Assembly: GCA_963693365.1 (NCBI GenBank)
Contig: CAVNZM010000004.1
Coordinates: 7,043,093-7,107,092 of the forward strand
Direction: 5' to 3'
Origin: Amoebidium appalachense
Lineage: Eukaryota > Protista > Ichthyosporea
Length of the DNA: 64,000 nucleotides
The translations under genes were made by a program, and so were the position numbers. The notes beneath the pieces were generated by a model. It worked only from the letters and a program-made list of their open reading frames with translations. It was not told where the DNA came from and made no database searches. This document shows positions 26,670-57,575 of this stretch, piece by piece (within the stretch, counting starts at the first letter, position 1; each line of letters starts with the position of its first letter).

Positions 26670-28294
26670 GGCCCAGAGGTACTTACTACCAGTGCAGGCC
26701 GTGCACGTGTAGCTTATGTTCTCAACTTCTCATTATTTATTGGTAAGGCCATGACCAGCCACGATAAAATTCGACGACATATCATCATATGATTGGCTCA
26801 GACTGGGCCGCCAGGACCAACCAAATCGGCCTAAACAAAAGTAAATATATGACCCTGCAGGGCCGACCCGACTCTTCTTTTCGGGTCAAGATCCCGTGCC
26901 GGGTCGGATACGGGTCGAACCCGTCGGGTCATCCTGACAGCCGGGTTGGGCAAAAACGCCACGGTTAGGGGTCTAAATAAAAAAAAATCTCTCAGGGGAG
27001 ACAATCACGAATCATTTATGACACGCTGCCTGAGTCAGCGTGGCCCCTCAGGTAGCAATCATAGTCAACATAACCTAACAGGAGTCGGGCCGCCAGGTCG
27101 GTTCGGGCTGGTTCTCGGGTCAACCGACCCGACACATCCCTGGTGTCGACTGTCGAGGCGACTGTCGAGTGTCGAGATTTGCCGAAAAATGTTGGGGTCC
27201 TCTGTGATTGGATCGGGATAATAATTTTATTGTTTGGAATGCATTTGTCAGGGCTGTAAAGTTTGGTGAATATGTCACAATATTTGTGTACATAGAATAA
27301 AAAGGTATACCTCCACATAAGATCCATACCTACATGTATATCTTGTAACATCGCTACTTGTGTATCGTATTGGTAATAGTGCTGTTGGGTTTGGTAAAGG
27401 CACCTCATTACAGCTCACATACATGTCTTTAATAAACGGCGTTACATAGGCGCCGGCCTCCAATCGAATTCGCGTTCGAAGACGGGTAATTACCGTTGGA
27501 TTCGGATGTATTGAAATCAAACATTCAAAATACAATAAACGACCTCAAAAACCGAAAAGACAAGAGGAAATGGTTACTTACGCATGCAAGAATTTCCTAG
27601 GCTTAACCACAAAGAGTATAATGGAAGGAAATAGCGAGTTCAAGGATCAGAGCCCGGCCCCCAGTGCCACCAAGAGGCGTTCCTTTCGAGCCCCGGCAAT
27701 CTACCAAATTGCCATGCCAATCAGCCAATCAAGAACGGTTTCCAATAAATCCGAGGTTAAGATATAGAAGTTGGCTTTTACTTCTGCCGTGTTCCCAGAC
27801 CCTCTACTACAACTATCATTACTATTTCTATCACTTTTTCATTAAAATTATTATAAAAAACAGTTAAAATTCAAAGAAACTGTGGCATACGGTCGCCAAA
27901 ATGCAGTACATAGAAAATGTATCAGTTGCTGACCGTCGGCGTGACGTAACAGACAGATCCATGGATCTTGATAATGGACAAACAAACATTTATAAAAAAA
28001 TTACATACGTGTGGTGGCCAAAAGTGTGCTCCTGCAGTTGGTGTTTAGTCCTGGCTGGGTGAGTGGATTACTACATAGCGTTATTAGCGTTATTAGCGTA
28101 TCATAATAAATAGTGCTGCACATATATATAAATACATACACATACAAAAACATGCACACTCTCATTCTCCCCACATGCTTTCCCGTACTAAGGCTAGGCA
28201 ACTTTAACATCAGCCAAGCCTTTTGACTCCTTCAAACAACTTCCCGCGCTCAACCATAACCCTTCACAGCGCTTAAAAGCACCAAGCTCCAAAA

Positions 28295-37005
<8,711 letters not shown>

Positions 37006-37976
37006 GCTAATAATAGCAACACATGATACACTTTATTATGTATTACGGTTCTCGTTCTCGGTATCTCCGGGGGGATGGAGGGGAGGGGGGGGGGGGGGGG
37101 GGGGGGGGGGGAGGGTTCCCCGATCAAATTTTGGGATCTAGATGATGAGCTCCTTAAAAGTAAAATAGTTTGTGATAATATTTTTCCTATTCAGTGGGTG
37201 GTATATGTTAGTGTGTTGGCTGTGGGGATTTATTGCATGCAGTATGGTTATAATAATATCAATACACAGGAAACATAGGGGTTTTCAACTTAGATATAGC
37301 ATCCGAGATAGCTAGATATGAAATAAGAATACTTCCTTGTATACATTTGTTACCCAAGTGCTAACAGGATTACTTGTAGTATTGTCGTTACTGTATTAAC
37401 CCCGTGGGTTCAGTACAAATGGCTGCATTGAATTAATGTATAATCAAATAGAGATTGTGGTGTGCAGGGGAAGGCTTATTATAACATCACCCCATGAGTT
37501 TGCACTTTAAATCCCTTCTCGTGGGGCCCACAAATTCTAAAGCTCATGTGCAGTTTACACGGTCCATATTTTGGGAAATGGTGGGAGCACTGCCCCTCTT
37601 GTGCTTGTGTGGCTTACTGTATTTTCCAGCACGGTCACACACTAAGTAGACGAGAGGCGCCACAGGCGCTTGTGAGCGATACATATAACGGATTCAGTGC
37701 ACATTGTCTGACACAGTGACGCTTAATATATTACTAAGCATATTTCCCACAAGGCATTTTTGTACCAAAATTTAATATCTATTTGCAGGCAAATAGCATA
37801 TATCTGCTGGCAGTCTTGATATAGCTAAACTTTCGTGTAGGTAATATCTATGGGATCAAGGTGAACTGTACGTCTTGCATGCATACATGTACATGATCAC
37901 GTGACACCGTCACTTCTCACAGAAACACGGAATACACACACTCTGACGCACATGTACAAGCACACATCCGATCCGA

Positions 37977-37979
<3 letters not shown>

Positions 37980-38073
<94 letters not shown>

Positions 38074-38532
38074 CGCATGCATATGTATACTAAATTTGTA
38101 TAATATCATACACGAACACACAAAGCTCACGTGCACATACACACACACGGCCGCACACACACAAACAAACAAGCACAGTTCGTGGCGCACACCCCCACAT
38201 CCAAACGCATGCACTGTCACACACACTGCACATATACACACGCACCCGCACATGTTACACATACACGCGTACACACACACAAACACGTGCACACACAAAC
38301 ACACACACACCTGGTCACGTACACAAAACAAACCACGCATACATAACTACAAACGCCCGCTCGCGCACAAGCACACACACACTTACGCATGCCGCTAATT
38401 GACGCACACGCACACGCACACGTACAGGCATGCACGCACACACATGTACATGTACACACACGCACACAAGCACACACACATACACACACAGCACACGCAC
38501 GCACACGCACACTCACGCACACACACACACAC
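37980..38532. repeat. Degenerate (CA)n-rich intergenic tract
   Basis: Pure (CA)n followed by interrupted CA/CGCA/TACA repeats. Confidence 0.9.
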
Positions 38533-38699
38533 GTTGGTTTTATGATCACTGTTTGTGCTTATTTTTCTTTTCACCGTCGTTTTGTACTGTGGCAATGTGG
38601 TGGCACACGCTGCACGCAGCACAAGCCATGTGGTTTGGTTTCTCGCCAATTCTATTCAACTGTATTCGAGTCTTCCTATTGGTTTACTGTAGATCCGCT

Positions 38700-38752
38700 T
38701 CTCCGATTGGCTGACGTATCCGCAAGGGGGATTGGCGCGTTCACGTGATAAG
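38700..38752 (+). promoter_or_regulatory. Candidate promoter motif cluster upstream of the acyltransferase gene
   Basis: GATTGG (inverted CCAAT) twice, TGACGT (CRE-like) and TCACGTGA (E-box) within ~50 bp, about 1.3 kb upstream of the ATG. Function is inferred only. Confidence 0.35.
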
Positions 38753-39128
38753 CATGTTTACCACTGCTCGCTTTCTTGATACATATGTAGGCCAGCACGC
38801 CAAGCGAACATTTTTTTATCAACGCATCCGCGGCCGGGTGTGTGGGTTTGATAAAAGAGTAAAACATAGTGTCCATAGTGAAGCTAATCTTAGGAAAAGC
38901 CGACAGAAAGGGGCGGCTTATATATTTGTTAGCTATAACTGAAGGGTGCTTGGAAGTGCAGAAGTTCTCTTTAGCGGGCCGGCACGTTCATGCCAAAGAC
39001 CTGTGTTTGCAGCAGCTAATCGAGAATTGTTAAAAGGCAAAAGCTATTTAGTCCATCCCTAGGTGGAAATACCCTCTGGTTGCAAAGTCAACGGTGAGTT
39101 CATCACGTGGCTGTAGCTTTGCTTCACT

Positions 39129-39160
<32 letters not shown>

Positions 39161-39207
39161 GCCCCTTCTTCCCCCTACCCGCACTCCTCCCTTTGCCTTC
39201 TGGATCA

Positions 39208-39245
<38 letters not shown>

Positions 39246-40026
39246 ACAACCAACCCCCCACCACCACCACCAATACCGTCGCGCACGCAACCACCCACCC
39301 ACACACACACACACATACATGCAGGTGCACGTTGAAGGTAGCGCATCTCCTGCAAAACCACGGACCTGGGGTGCCTGGCTGCGACCACACAACACCCACC
39401 CACCCACCCACCCACCCACCCACCCGTGAAAAGCGCACATAGATGCATATACACACGCACACACTAGCACAGCTATGGGCGAGCTCACAAAGTCTAAAAC
39501 ATAATCACACATCCAAATACGAAGCCCTACCCAAAACAGGCTCTGAACACCACGTTTCACTTGGATGGTGATCGTAAATTGACCATGTGGCCTCAGTATG
39601 CTTCTTGCTGTTTGTTAGATGTGACTATAAACATGGTTAACACCCCGTCACGACTTCAAGCATATATCCAAAATGCTCACACACTTTTCACTTGTCTAAC
39701 TTTCAACCAGAGCAGGTTGCTACCACGCTCTCCCCCTCTCTACTCCCCCCCAAAGCTTTAAAGGCAACAATAAAAAACACGAGCACATACTTGTGCGCCG
39801 CGCAACACACACACTCAGACAAGCACACAGCTCCATGGTACCCCTGTCCCTCTACCCTCACCCCCCCCCGGCTCCCACCCCTTCCCCCTTGCCCCCTTGC
39901 CCCTTGCCCCCCTCTCCCCCCACCCCCCACACCACCACCACCAAAAAAAGAAATCCATGAAAGCTCCTTACACACTCTCCCCGTTCTCCCTTGTTGCAGG
40001 TTGAGCTCATAGTGGAAGGGTCTGGA

Positions 40027-48421
<8,395 letters not shown>

Positions 48422-48553
48422 ATGTAACGGGGAGTAGTTGGTAGTTGTTGGCTAGTGTGCTTGTGTGCCCGTGTCGTGGCCTAAATAGTTTACTGAAGTG
48501 GGCATTATATATTACTAAAGCCCGAGGGGTGAATGGAGAGAGGGGGGGGGGGG

Positions 48554-48587
<34 letters not shown>

Positions 48588-48910
48588 ATATTTAATGCTG
48601 CCCTTTTTGGGGACGGGGGAACCGGGGGAGGGGGGGGGGGGGGGGGGGGGGGGGTTGTTGTTAGATCAGCTTTCCTGTGTTGCCTGTGGTGATAATGTTT
48701 CGTCTTCCGCAATTCTTACATCTCGCACCTATTTATGTTTCCTCGGTTCAAGGCTTATTGGGGCTGCCTGATTGGAGTCTAGTTGTGTTTCTTGTCCTTT
48801 CCCATGTGCATGTGTGTTGGATAGAGCCCGAGTCGGTGGGCAGTTCGTGCAGTTGGGTATCAGGAAAAGAGGTTGAAAGATGCAGGGTAGGGGGGAGGGG
48901 GGTTCCCCCA

Positions 48911-48978
<68 letters not shown>

Positions 48979-49794
48979 AAGCTGTTCGACAACGGCTGAC
49001 GAAAACACTAGCAGCTTTTTTTTTGTTCTGCTGTTACAGTAGTTAGTGCTTGGATTCACTGAACTAATCGCAATGTTGATCCCCAGTACCCCAAAACGAG
49101 AAATAGTGTTAATCCAAAAAATGTTTGCTTTGACTGTCAGTGGGACTGTTGTCGACTCTTTGTATGTAATCGGTGAATATTACCTTCAGGGGTAGTGGTG
49201 AATAAATGTTGCTAGTTGCACCATGCATTCAAACGACCACTGATACGTGTACAGAAACCCAACTATATCTAAGCATCTAGTCTGACAGAAAGCGACCAGT
49301 TCTTCGATCCCTTCCTCTTGTGTGTTCATATTCCTACCTTTTTTTTTTTTTTTTTTTTAAATTTTATTTTCCCTCTGGCGTTTGAACCAAATAGATTACC
49401 GTTGGAGGTTCTGAAGCCACCTCAAACCAATTAATTGTAGCTCACTGAATGACAGAGCACACCCATCATATGCATGCATAAGTTATATAAAGTGCACAAT
49501 ATTTTAGGTTTTTTAGATAGAACCCAGCACCTGCCCCATGCATCGTGTGCAGGATGATGAGATCACACATGCCATCGATGTATGCAGGTGCCAACGTACG
49601 GTAACTGATCGGGGACAGACAATTTATTCATGCACTCATCGACCACCACAGAAGAAAAGGGCAGTTACTTCGGAGAGAGAAACAATTGGGGGCGAGAATA
49701 TCAGATCCGAGAAAGCTCAGAGCGAGAGTGGGGAGAGAGAGAGGAGAGAGACAGAAATTTGGGAGAGGCCCTGAGATCTAGAGAGATAGAAGGA

Positions 49795-50183
49795 TAGGGC
49801 CCAACCACATCGGCTGAGTCAACTTGCTCCGAGCAGAATTATTCTGCACAAAGCAGAAGCATTCTGCTGAGAAAAGGCAGAATCATTGAATATGCTAAAA
49901 TCAGAATTATTTTGCTAAAGACAGAATTATTCTGCTGTATAAAGCAAAATAATTCTTCTTTAAATTTTTGCGGATTAATTCTGCTTAAAGCAGAATAATT
50001 CTGTTGAAAACAGAGTGATTCTGCTTTTGCGGAATAATTCTTCTACAGTAAAAGCAGAATAATTGTGCTAAAAGCAGAGTGATTCTGCCGCTTGCAGAAT
50101 CACTCTGCTTTTTGCAGAATAATTCTGCTTTGAAGAATAATTCTGCTTTTTGCAAATTAACTCTGCGATGTGGTTGGGGCCTA
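49795..50183. mobile_element. MITE (389 bp) filled with palindromic GCAGAATAATTCTGC-type repeats
   Basis: 18-bp TIR TAGGGCCCAACCACATCG / CGATGTGGTTGGGGCCTA (17/18). AGGA directly flanks both sides. The interior is an array of degenerate 15-bp palindromes. Confidence 0.82.
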
Positions 50184-50219
50184 AGGAACGAGAGTGTGGG
50201 CTACTGAGAGGTTCAGGTG

Positions 50220-50288
50220 TGAGAGAGAGAGAGAGAGAGAGACAGAGAGAGAGACAGAGAGAGAGGGGGGGGGGGGGGGGGGGGGGGG

Positions 50289-50340
<52 letters not shown>

Positions 50341-50543
50341 TCTGAGATGTGTGTGTGAGGGAGGAAACACTGAGAGTCGAAAGAGAGAGAGGGGGGGGAG
50401 AGTGGGGGGGAGCGAGAACGATCTAGACCTAGACAGAGATTTATAGAGAAAGAGGGGGTGGGGGGTGGGGGGGATGGTGGTGGTGGGGGGAGATAGAGAG
50501 AAAGAGAGAGAGAAAGAGACAGGGAGGGAGGGAGGGGGAGAGA

Positions 50544-50579
<36 letters not shown>

Positions 50580-50692
50580 CGGAGAGAGAGAGAGAGAGAG
50601 AGAGAGACTCGGAGAGAGAGAGAGAGAGAGAGGGGGGGGGGAGGGGGAGGGGGGAGGGAGGGAGGAGGCGGGGGAGAGAAAGAGAGGCCTGC

Positions 50693-50788
<96 letters not shown>

Positions 50789-50790
50789 TA

Positions 50791-50824
<34 letters not shown>

Positions 50825-50825
50825 C
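50220..50825. repeat. Compound (GA)n / poly-G / (GT)n microsatellite
   Basis: Visible directly in the sequence. Confidence 0.95.
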
Positions 50826-51914
50826 CACTGTGACACTACTATTAGTAGAAAGAGGGAGTTGGAGGGAGGTAAGGTCTAGAAAAGGAAAGGAAGAATAGCT
50901 GGAATTTTCTGAGATTTCGATCAACTTCCGGGAAAGCTAAAAAGTAGAGTGCATGCGGAGAAGAGGAGGGTATGGAACTTCCATTTCGAAGAGAGCTAGC
51001 CTGCAGGCTGCATGGGTGCAGTTGTGCATGGTGCGCGGATGAGCTGCGCGGATGCCAGGCACGCGCAGACGCATACTATAGCCTGAGTGCAGGTCGTAAA
51101 CCAGTCTCATCCGCATGCGCACCATGCATGATGCGGGCCGTCACCACCGTGAAGTGCCACCGACCTTTCAACTTCAGTCAATCAGTCCGACCATGACGCG
51201 TCGCCGGGAGTCGGATTCGGGGTTCGGGACGTCCGAGCCCTGAATGATGAAATCAGGCTGAAGATGATCGCGAGTTCGTGACTCTCGAGTCAGATGGGGT
51301 TATGGGACTTATGGCTACCATAAGTTTGCATAGCTTATTGAGGCCATTTACACTCTTTCTAAAACTAGTGGCCCTAGCATGGGCATTCTACAAGGTATTA
51401 TCCCTCAAAAAGGGACTTCCAAGTGTTCAATCGGAAAGACAAAATATTTCACACCCTGCTCAGAGAAATAGCTGATTGGTGGCCTTGCACTTGTTTAGTT
51501 GGGCCAATAGGAGAAGGCCTCTGCACCGTTGTAACGGTTGTGCGATCCAATCGTTTAAAAAAAGAGTCCAAATTTGGAAAATGGCGCAACATTTGCATGC
51601 ACGCGCGATCTATTGTACAGTGTAGTGGTGTACACGTACTGCCGCCGCACTGCCCGAGTCAAGGAGGGTCTTTCCTATCTCGTTGTCTCAGATATTCCTG
51701 GTTCAACGCCCTGAGCATGCGCATTATACAACCAGGTGAGAAAATAAAGCAATTGCTATAAGATCATGCAACAGTAAGGGGGTCTTATAATTCAAAGCGT
51801 GTTTTTAATAGTTATTAGAGTCGAGTATTTTTCTATACCTGCATTTTTGACCATTCTGTATACTAGTTTCCCGCGGCCGCATGCAAACATATATATATGC
51901 TATGACATGCATGC

Positions 51915-51963
<49 letters not shown>

Positions 51964-52700
51964 CTATATATATACTCTATATATTCAATGCATAGTATAT
52001 AAGTATATATATATATATGTGTACTATATGTTGTTATATTTATGCATATCAGACTGGTTTAGAATTCAGATACGGCATCCTTGTTTAAAAACAAAAATCT
52101 AATTTGAATTTAAGTATGTACATTCTTCATTATTACTCCAAGTTAGCTTGTTCTGTGATCTATTATAACAATTAGGTTTGTGGATGCGGTTATATACCTA
52201 TACATTGTGCGGGAATAAACAAAAATATCCGGATTATATCCATACGTAAATCTATCCCGACTCCAAGAACGTGCGGCATCCAGTGGCATGCGCCGTAACC
52301 GGCGTTTTATCCTTTTTGGCCATTTGGCTCTTGTGTCGTTAAGTTCACTGTACACACTGAACAGCTATCAGTTCCACACTCCATTACTATATATGAGCAA
52401 GAATCATTCGTCAATTCGAGTCCCTGCAGCTGTGGAGTATACACCAACAACCTACCACCCACACCCACTCCTTCTCAAAAAGGAAATTTCTAGAAAGCAG
52501 AAATCCAGAGTAATTCCATTCCAAGTTGGGGCCTTCACACCCATCCATCGTTTTTCATCAGCGAACACCTCTCTTAGAGACCTGTGTCCTTTCATACCTT
52601 CCAAAGAAAAAAATCAATTCCGTTCACGGTCTCAGGCAAGCCCGCTCTTTCTCTGCTCCAACGTTAACACCAAAAACTACCTACCGTTATCCCCCCTTCC

Positions 52701-52735
<35 letters not shown>

Positions 52736-52762
52736 CAAACAAAAAAACCCCCCTTCGATTTC

Positions 52763-53483
52763 ATGATGTCAACCTTCACCAACAAAGACAGAGGTGTGTC
52801 TCTGGGGCCTCCCTCTCTCCATTCCTCTCTGCAACGCCTGCCCCATACCAGGATAACCCAAAACCCGAAATCGGTTAATAACAACGACAAAATGAAGACA
52901 TCAGTCCCGGAATTAACCCTTCAGTGCTCGTCGATCTCTCTGGATGGTGATCTCGATCACTGCCCACGAGGCTCACATCACGCATCAGGCAAGGCCAATT
53001 TGATAAAAAAGCGGTCAAGCTTAAGCTTGTCCTCCGACCTAACTACAAATATCCTTAGCAATAATATTTTCGGCGGGAAACGCAGCGACATCAAAAGGCG
53101 AAGCACGCTACCAAATGTTCGTCTGCTCGAATACCCCCTATCACCCAGGGTTCAGGAAAACGTAAAAAGAAGTTGGGATGCGATATTTGCAAAGGGCTTA
53201 TCGTCCGAGCAGACACTGTATGCTACGTTTTTTACACAAGTTTATGATCGGCTGTTTCAGAGACTACCTGAGGTACCCCCCCTCCCCCCCCCCCCCCTCC
53301 CCCCCCCTTCCTTTTCCCCTCCAACCCTCACCCCTCACCCTTTTCTCCCTTCCCGTCCACCTCCTTTTTTTCCCTTCCATATCTTCTGCCCCTCCACGTG
53401 CGAATAAATACCACTGCCAGTAAAATATATTGGCTTTCTTCATACAACTTCTGGTGTGTACGCGTGTTTGAGTGCGCCCGCCA

Positions 53484-53559
<76 letters not shown>

Positions 53560-54522
53560 ACGCGCGTGTGGGGGCGTGCAAGCACGAACGTGTGTGTGTG
53601 TGTGTGCGCGCGCGCGTGCGCGCGTGCCCGCACGCGTGCGCACGCTGCGCATTGTTATGCGTGTGCGCTTGAGTGTTGAACGGTGTGCTTGTGAAGCGTG
53701 TTTTTGTGTTGTGCAGGCACTTACCGGGTGTGTACTTGTGCGCCCATGCACGTGTGCACGAGTGTGTATATGCATTGGCACACATCTGCTCAGCTTGGAT
53801 GTGTGCCGGTGTGTGACATGTGTGCGTAAGTGTGATTGCCATTTTGTGTGCGCATAGCTAATGAGTTGTGCTGGTTGTTTCAGATGTATTTTCAAAATAC
53901 AGCGTGGTGTCGGTCATAACCGTGACTGAGAGACACACACGCACACAAACCAAACTAATCCATGTGTTTGGGCACCTCAATGATGCATTTTTTTCACCTA
54001 CTGTTAGTGGCTCTGCTTCGTTATTGACTACCGTGATAATGGTTCCTCACGTTTGCACTTGCCCGGCTCCCCCCCCCCCCCCCACACACACACACACACA
54101 CTCACACACCCCAAACACACACACAGACTCGCCCACCCACCCACCCACCCACCCACCTTACCCCCCCTTCCAAATAATGTGGAAATGAATAAATGAAAAG
54201 TTACTTGGGGGAAAAAAGCACCGCAGCCACAAAAATCCTCCCGCCCCTCTTCCTCCCTCCCCCCCCCCCCCAAAAAAAAACAAACATAAATAAATAAAAA
54301 TAAATAAATAAATAAGAATAAAAACTAATATAATAAAAAACCCAGACACACACAAACACACACTATTTCTCGATGTATTGCACACCACTAGCAATGCTAA
54401 GCCTTGTGATTTGCCTTCGTCCTAGGCACTCCGCTAACCAACCAACCCCCCACCCCCCACCCCCCCCTCAAACACACACATACAAGGCTTCAAAATCCCT
54501 AACCACACACTGACGTGCGCCG

Positions 54523-54591
<69 letters not shown>

Positions 54592-54647
54592 ACCCAACTT
54601 CTCCTCCCTCCCCCCCCCCCCCCCCCACCCACATAACCCCCCCTCAC

Positions 54648-54683
<36 letters not shown>

Positions 54684-55169
54684 ACCCCAACACACACACA
54701 CACACACAATACAACACAGACCAAGCTCATGTTTGGAGATCGCATCAGCCAAGCCGTCAAGCTTTCCAAAGCCATCTCCGTGCTCCTGAAGAACATGGAA
54801 ACACAATCGCAATTTGAGGCCGCAGTGAAGCCGTTTGCCGGGCTGCATATATCATGCGGGGTTACAGCCCCCATGTTTGTGGTCTTGGGGGAGGTCCTCC
54901 TAGAGTCCATGGCCGAGAGGCTGGGCGAGGAGTGGACGGATGACGTTAGGTTGAGCTGGTCTATCTTCTATACAACGGTAAGTGAATTTTAATTTTTTGA
55001 AACATATGATAGACCATTTGTTTTGAATATGTGTATGAGTAGGATAAGAGTCCTCGCGCACAGAAACTTTGTACGAATAGGTTCACAGTGACTGGATGGC
55101 GATTTAGAGCAAGAAGCAACTGGGAAATCTCTTAGCCCCTTTCATTTCTACCCCCCCCCCCCCCCGACC

Positions 55170-55200
<31 letters not shown>

Positions 55201-56656
55201 CTGAAGAAAACTGGAACATGTGTGTGTTCGTGTGTGCAAACGCACATTTTCGCATGTGGAATGGCACGTGTTGGTTCTATGTTTTAGGGTTGTCTTTTGT
55301 ATCTGTGTTCTGAACAGGTGCATGTGCGTACATGTGTGTGCAACCCTTTCTGAGCTTTCTTATCCTAAACACAGGCATCCGCGATCCTTCAGGAGGAGAT
55401 GGCCAGCCTAGGATTGCATCCAAAACGGCAAACCGATTGGCTGATCGCGCAGATCGGATCTTATCAGATCATCCTGATCCAGACTTGGGAGAAGGTCGTG
55501 CAGCCAACAGAGTTTTCTACCGTTTTCTATGAACGGCTGTTCGAGAGATGTCCCGAAATAAAGCCAAAGTTTCAGGTGTGTGCTTGGTGATAGGTCTGGG
55601 CCTAGAAGACCGAATCTATATATATATATATAAAGAGTTTCAGGTGTGTGCTTGGTAATAGATCTGGGCCTAGAGGACCGAAATATATATATATATATAT
55701 ATATATTTAAAGAGAGGGAGAGAGAGAGAGAGACAGAGAGAGAGAGAATGGGAGAGAGAGAGAGAGATAGAGAGAAAGAAAGAAAACAAACAAAGAAAGA
55801 AAGAAAGAAAGAAAAAACAAAAGATGAAGATGAAGATGAAGACGAGGACACAGCACACAGATGCACGCACGCGCGCGCGTCCATGCACAGGCACGCACAT
55901 GCACACACATGCGCACACGCACAAACACTGAAACACACACACCCGAGCGCGCACACACACATCCGGCACAAACCTTAATTTTATTTTTTTTTAGTGGGGG
56001 GGAAGGGGAGGGGGGGGGGGGGGGGGAAGGAAGGAAGCCTGAGATTTATGTGTCGTCGACAACTGAACGCACGGAATATGCATACATACACATCGCATAT
56101 ACGCTCTGTACCCTTCGTGGCACCGAGTATTTATGGGTTTGGGCTTTGATTACATGCCAAGTGTCAATCTACAAAAATGGAGTGTGACCAGCCAGTCGGA
56201 TAAGTTCTAACCACGTGTTCCCTCTTTGTTTCTTTTTAACTCCAGAGGGTGAAGGTGGCACATCAACGCAAAGCCTTTGGCGCGGCCATCACGGAGATAG
56301 TTCAGTTCCTGGATAACAAGGACAAATTATGTAAGTATTGAAAAACATTTTGAAAATGGGGCGGGATATATATGTTCATTACCAGCAGATTCATTTTTTC
56401 ATAAGATGCACGTTGAATGCTAAAGTGTGAAGGGCTAGGAAAACCGACTAAGCTTTGACAGCACAATAGATAAACTGTTCGACCTCCCCCCCTCCCTCCC
56501 CCCCTCCCCCCCCCCCCCCCCCCAAAAAAAAAAAAAAAAAAGAAAACCACCCACCCACCCCTCCCTGCTCCTGTATGCCTGCCCCTGCACTCTTGCTCAG
56601 TCTTCTCATTTCTCCCCTTTTCTCGTCGTCGTACCATACGGCACAAACACACGTAC

Positions 56657-56743
<87 letters not shown>

Positions 56744-57039
56744 TATCACACACACACACACAGCCGCCCGCCTACGCCAGCTAGCGCGTAGCCATGCGGC
56801 AGCGCAGCGCAACCTCAGCAACCAGCTTTGCTGCTCATTCTGCGACATATTCGTTGAGGTCCTGAAGGAGTTCGTCCCGTCCCTCTCAGGTACCAATAAT
56901 CACTATCTTTGTGGGGGGTTTTTTATGGCCTTTATTGCATGCCTGGGCGTTGTTTTACTTTCGTCTTTGGTGTTTCCTTTATAAGGGCCTTTGGTCTGCG
57001 GTGGTTTCCACCCTCTCATGCATACATCCTACACTCCAT

Positions 57040-57070
<31 letters not shown>

Positions 57071-57259
57071 CACACACACACACACACACCTCCCCACCCG
57101 TGGGTAATACATCCCATCCCTTTTCCCACGCTGATAAAATAGGCTCTGCTCAAGTGTCTTGGGCCTGCACAACGGTTTGTTCGTGGTTGGTTGTGTTTGA
57201 GATTCGTTTTTTTTTAGGAATTTCTTGGTCTCGACATCTAATGCTCCCCCTATCCTGGA

Positions 57260-57290
<31 letters not shown>

Positions 57291-57516
57291 GGACTATCGT
57301 AGTAGGCCCCTATGTCTTTGTAGGGGACTGGGGGAACCAGTTTGACCTCCTCCCAGCCGCCCCCTCTCTCCATCCCTCCATCCCTCCCTCTCTCCCTTCC
57401 TCCCTCCCTTCCTCTCCTCTCTCTCTTTCTCTCTCCCCCCCCCCCCCCCCCCTCTTCTCCCGGCCCGTCCCGAAAGGCTTCCAATCTTACTCACAACCAC
57501 CCGTGCACGCGCACAC

Positions 57517-57575
<59 letters not shown>

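Noticed and set aside
49830-50165. CRISPR-like array of palindromic repeats
   Set aside because: Linkers are only a few nucleotides, the repeats are degenerate, there are no cas genes and the context is eukaryotic; the array is enclosed by TIRs.
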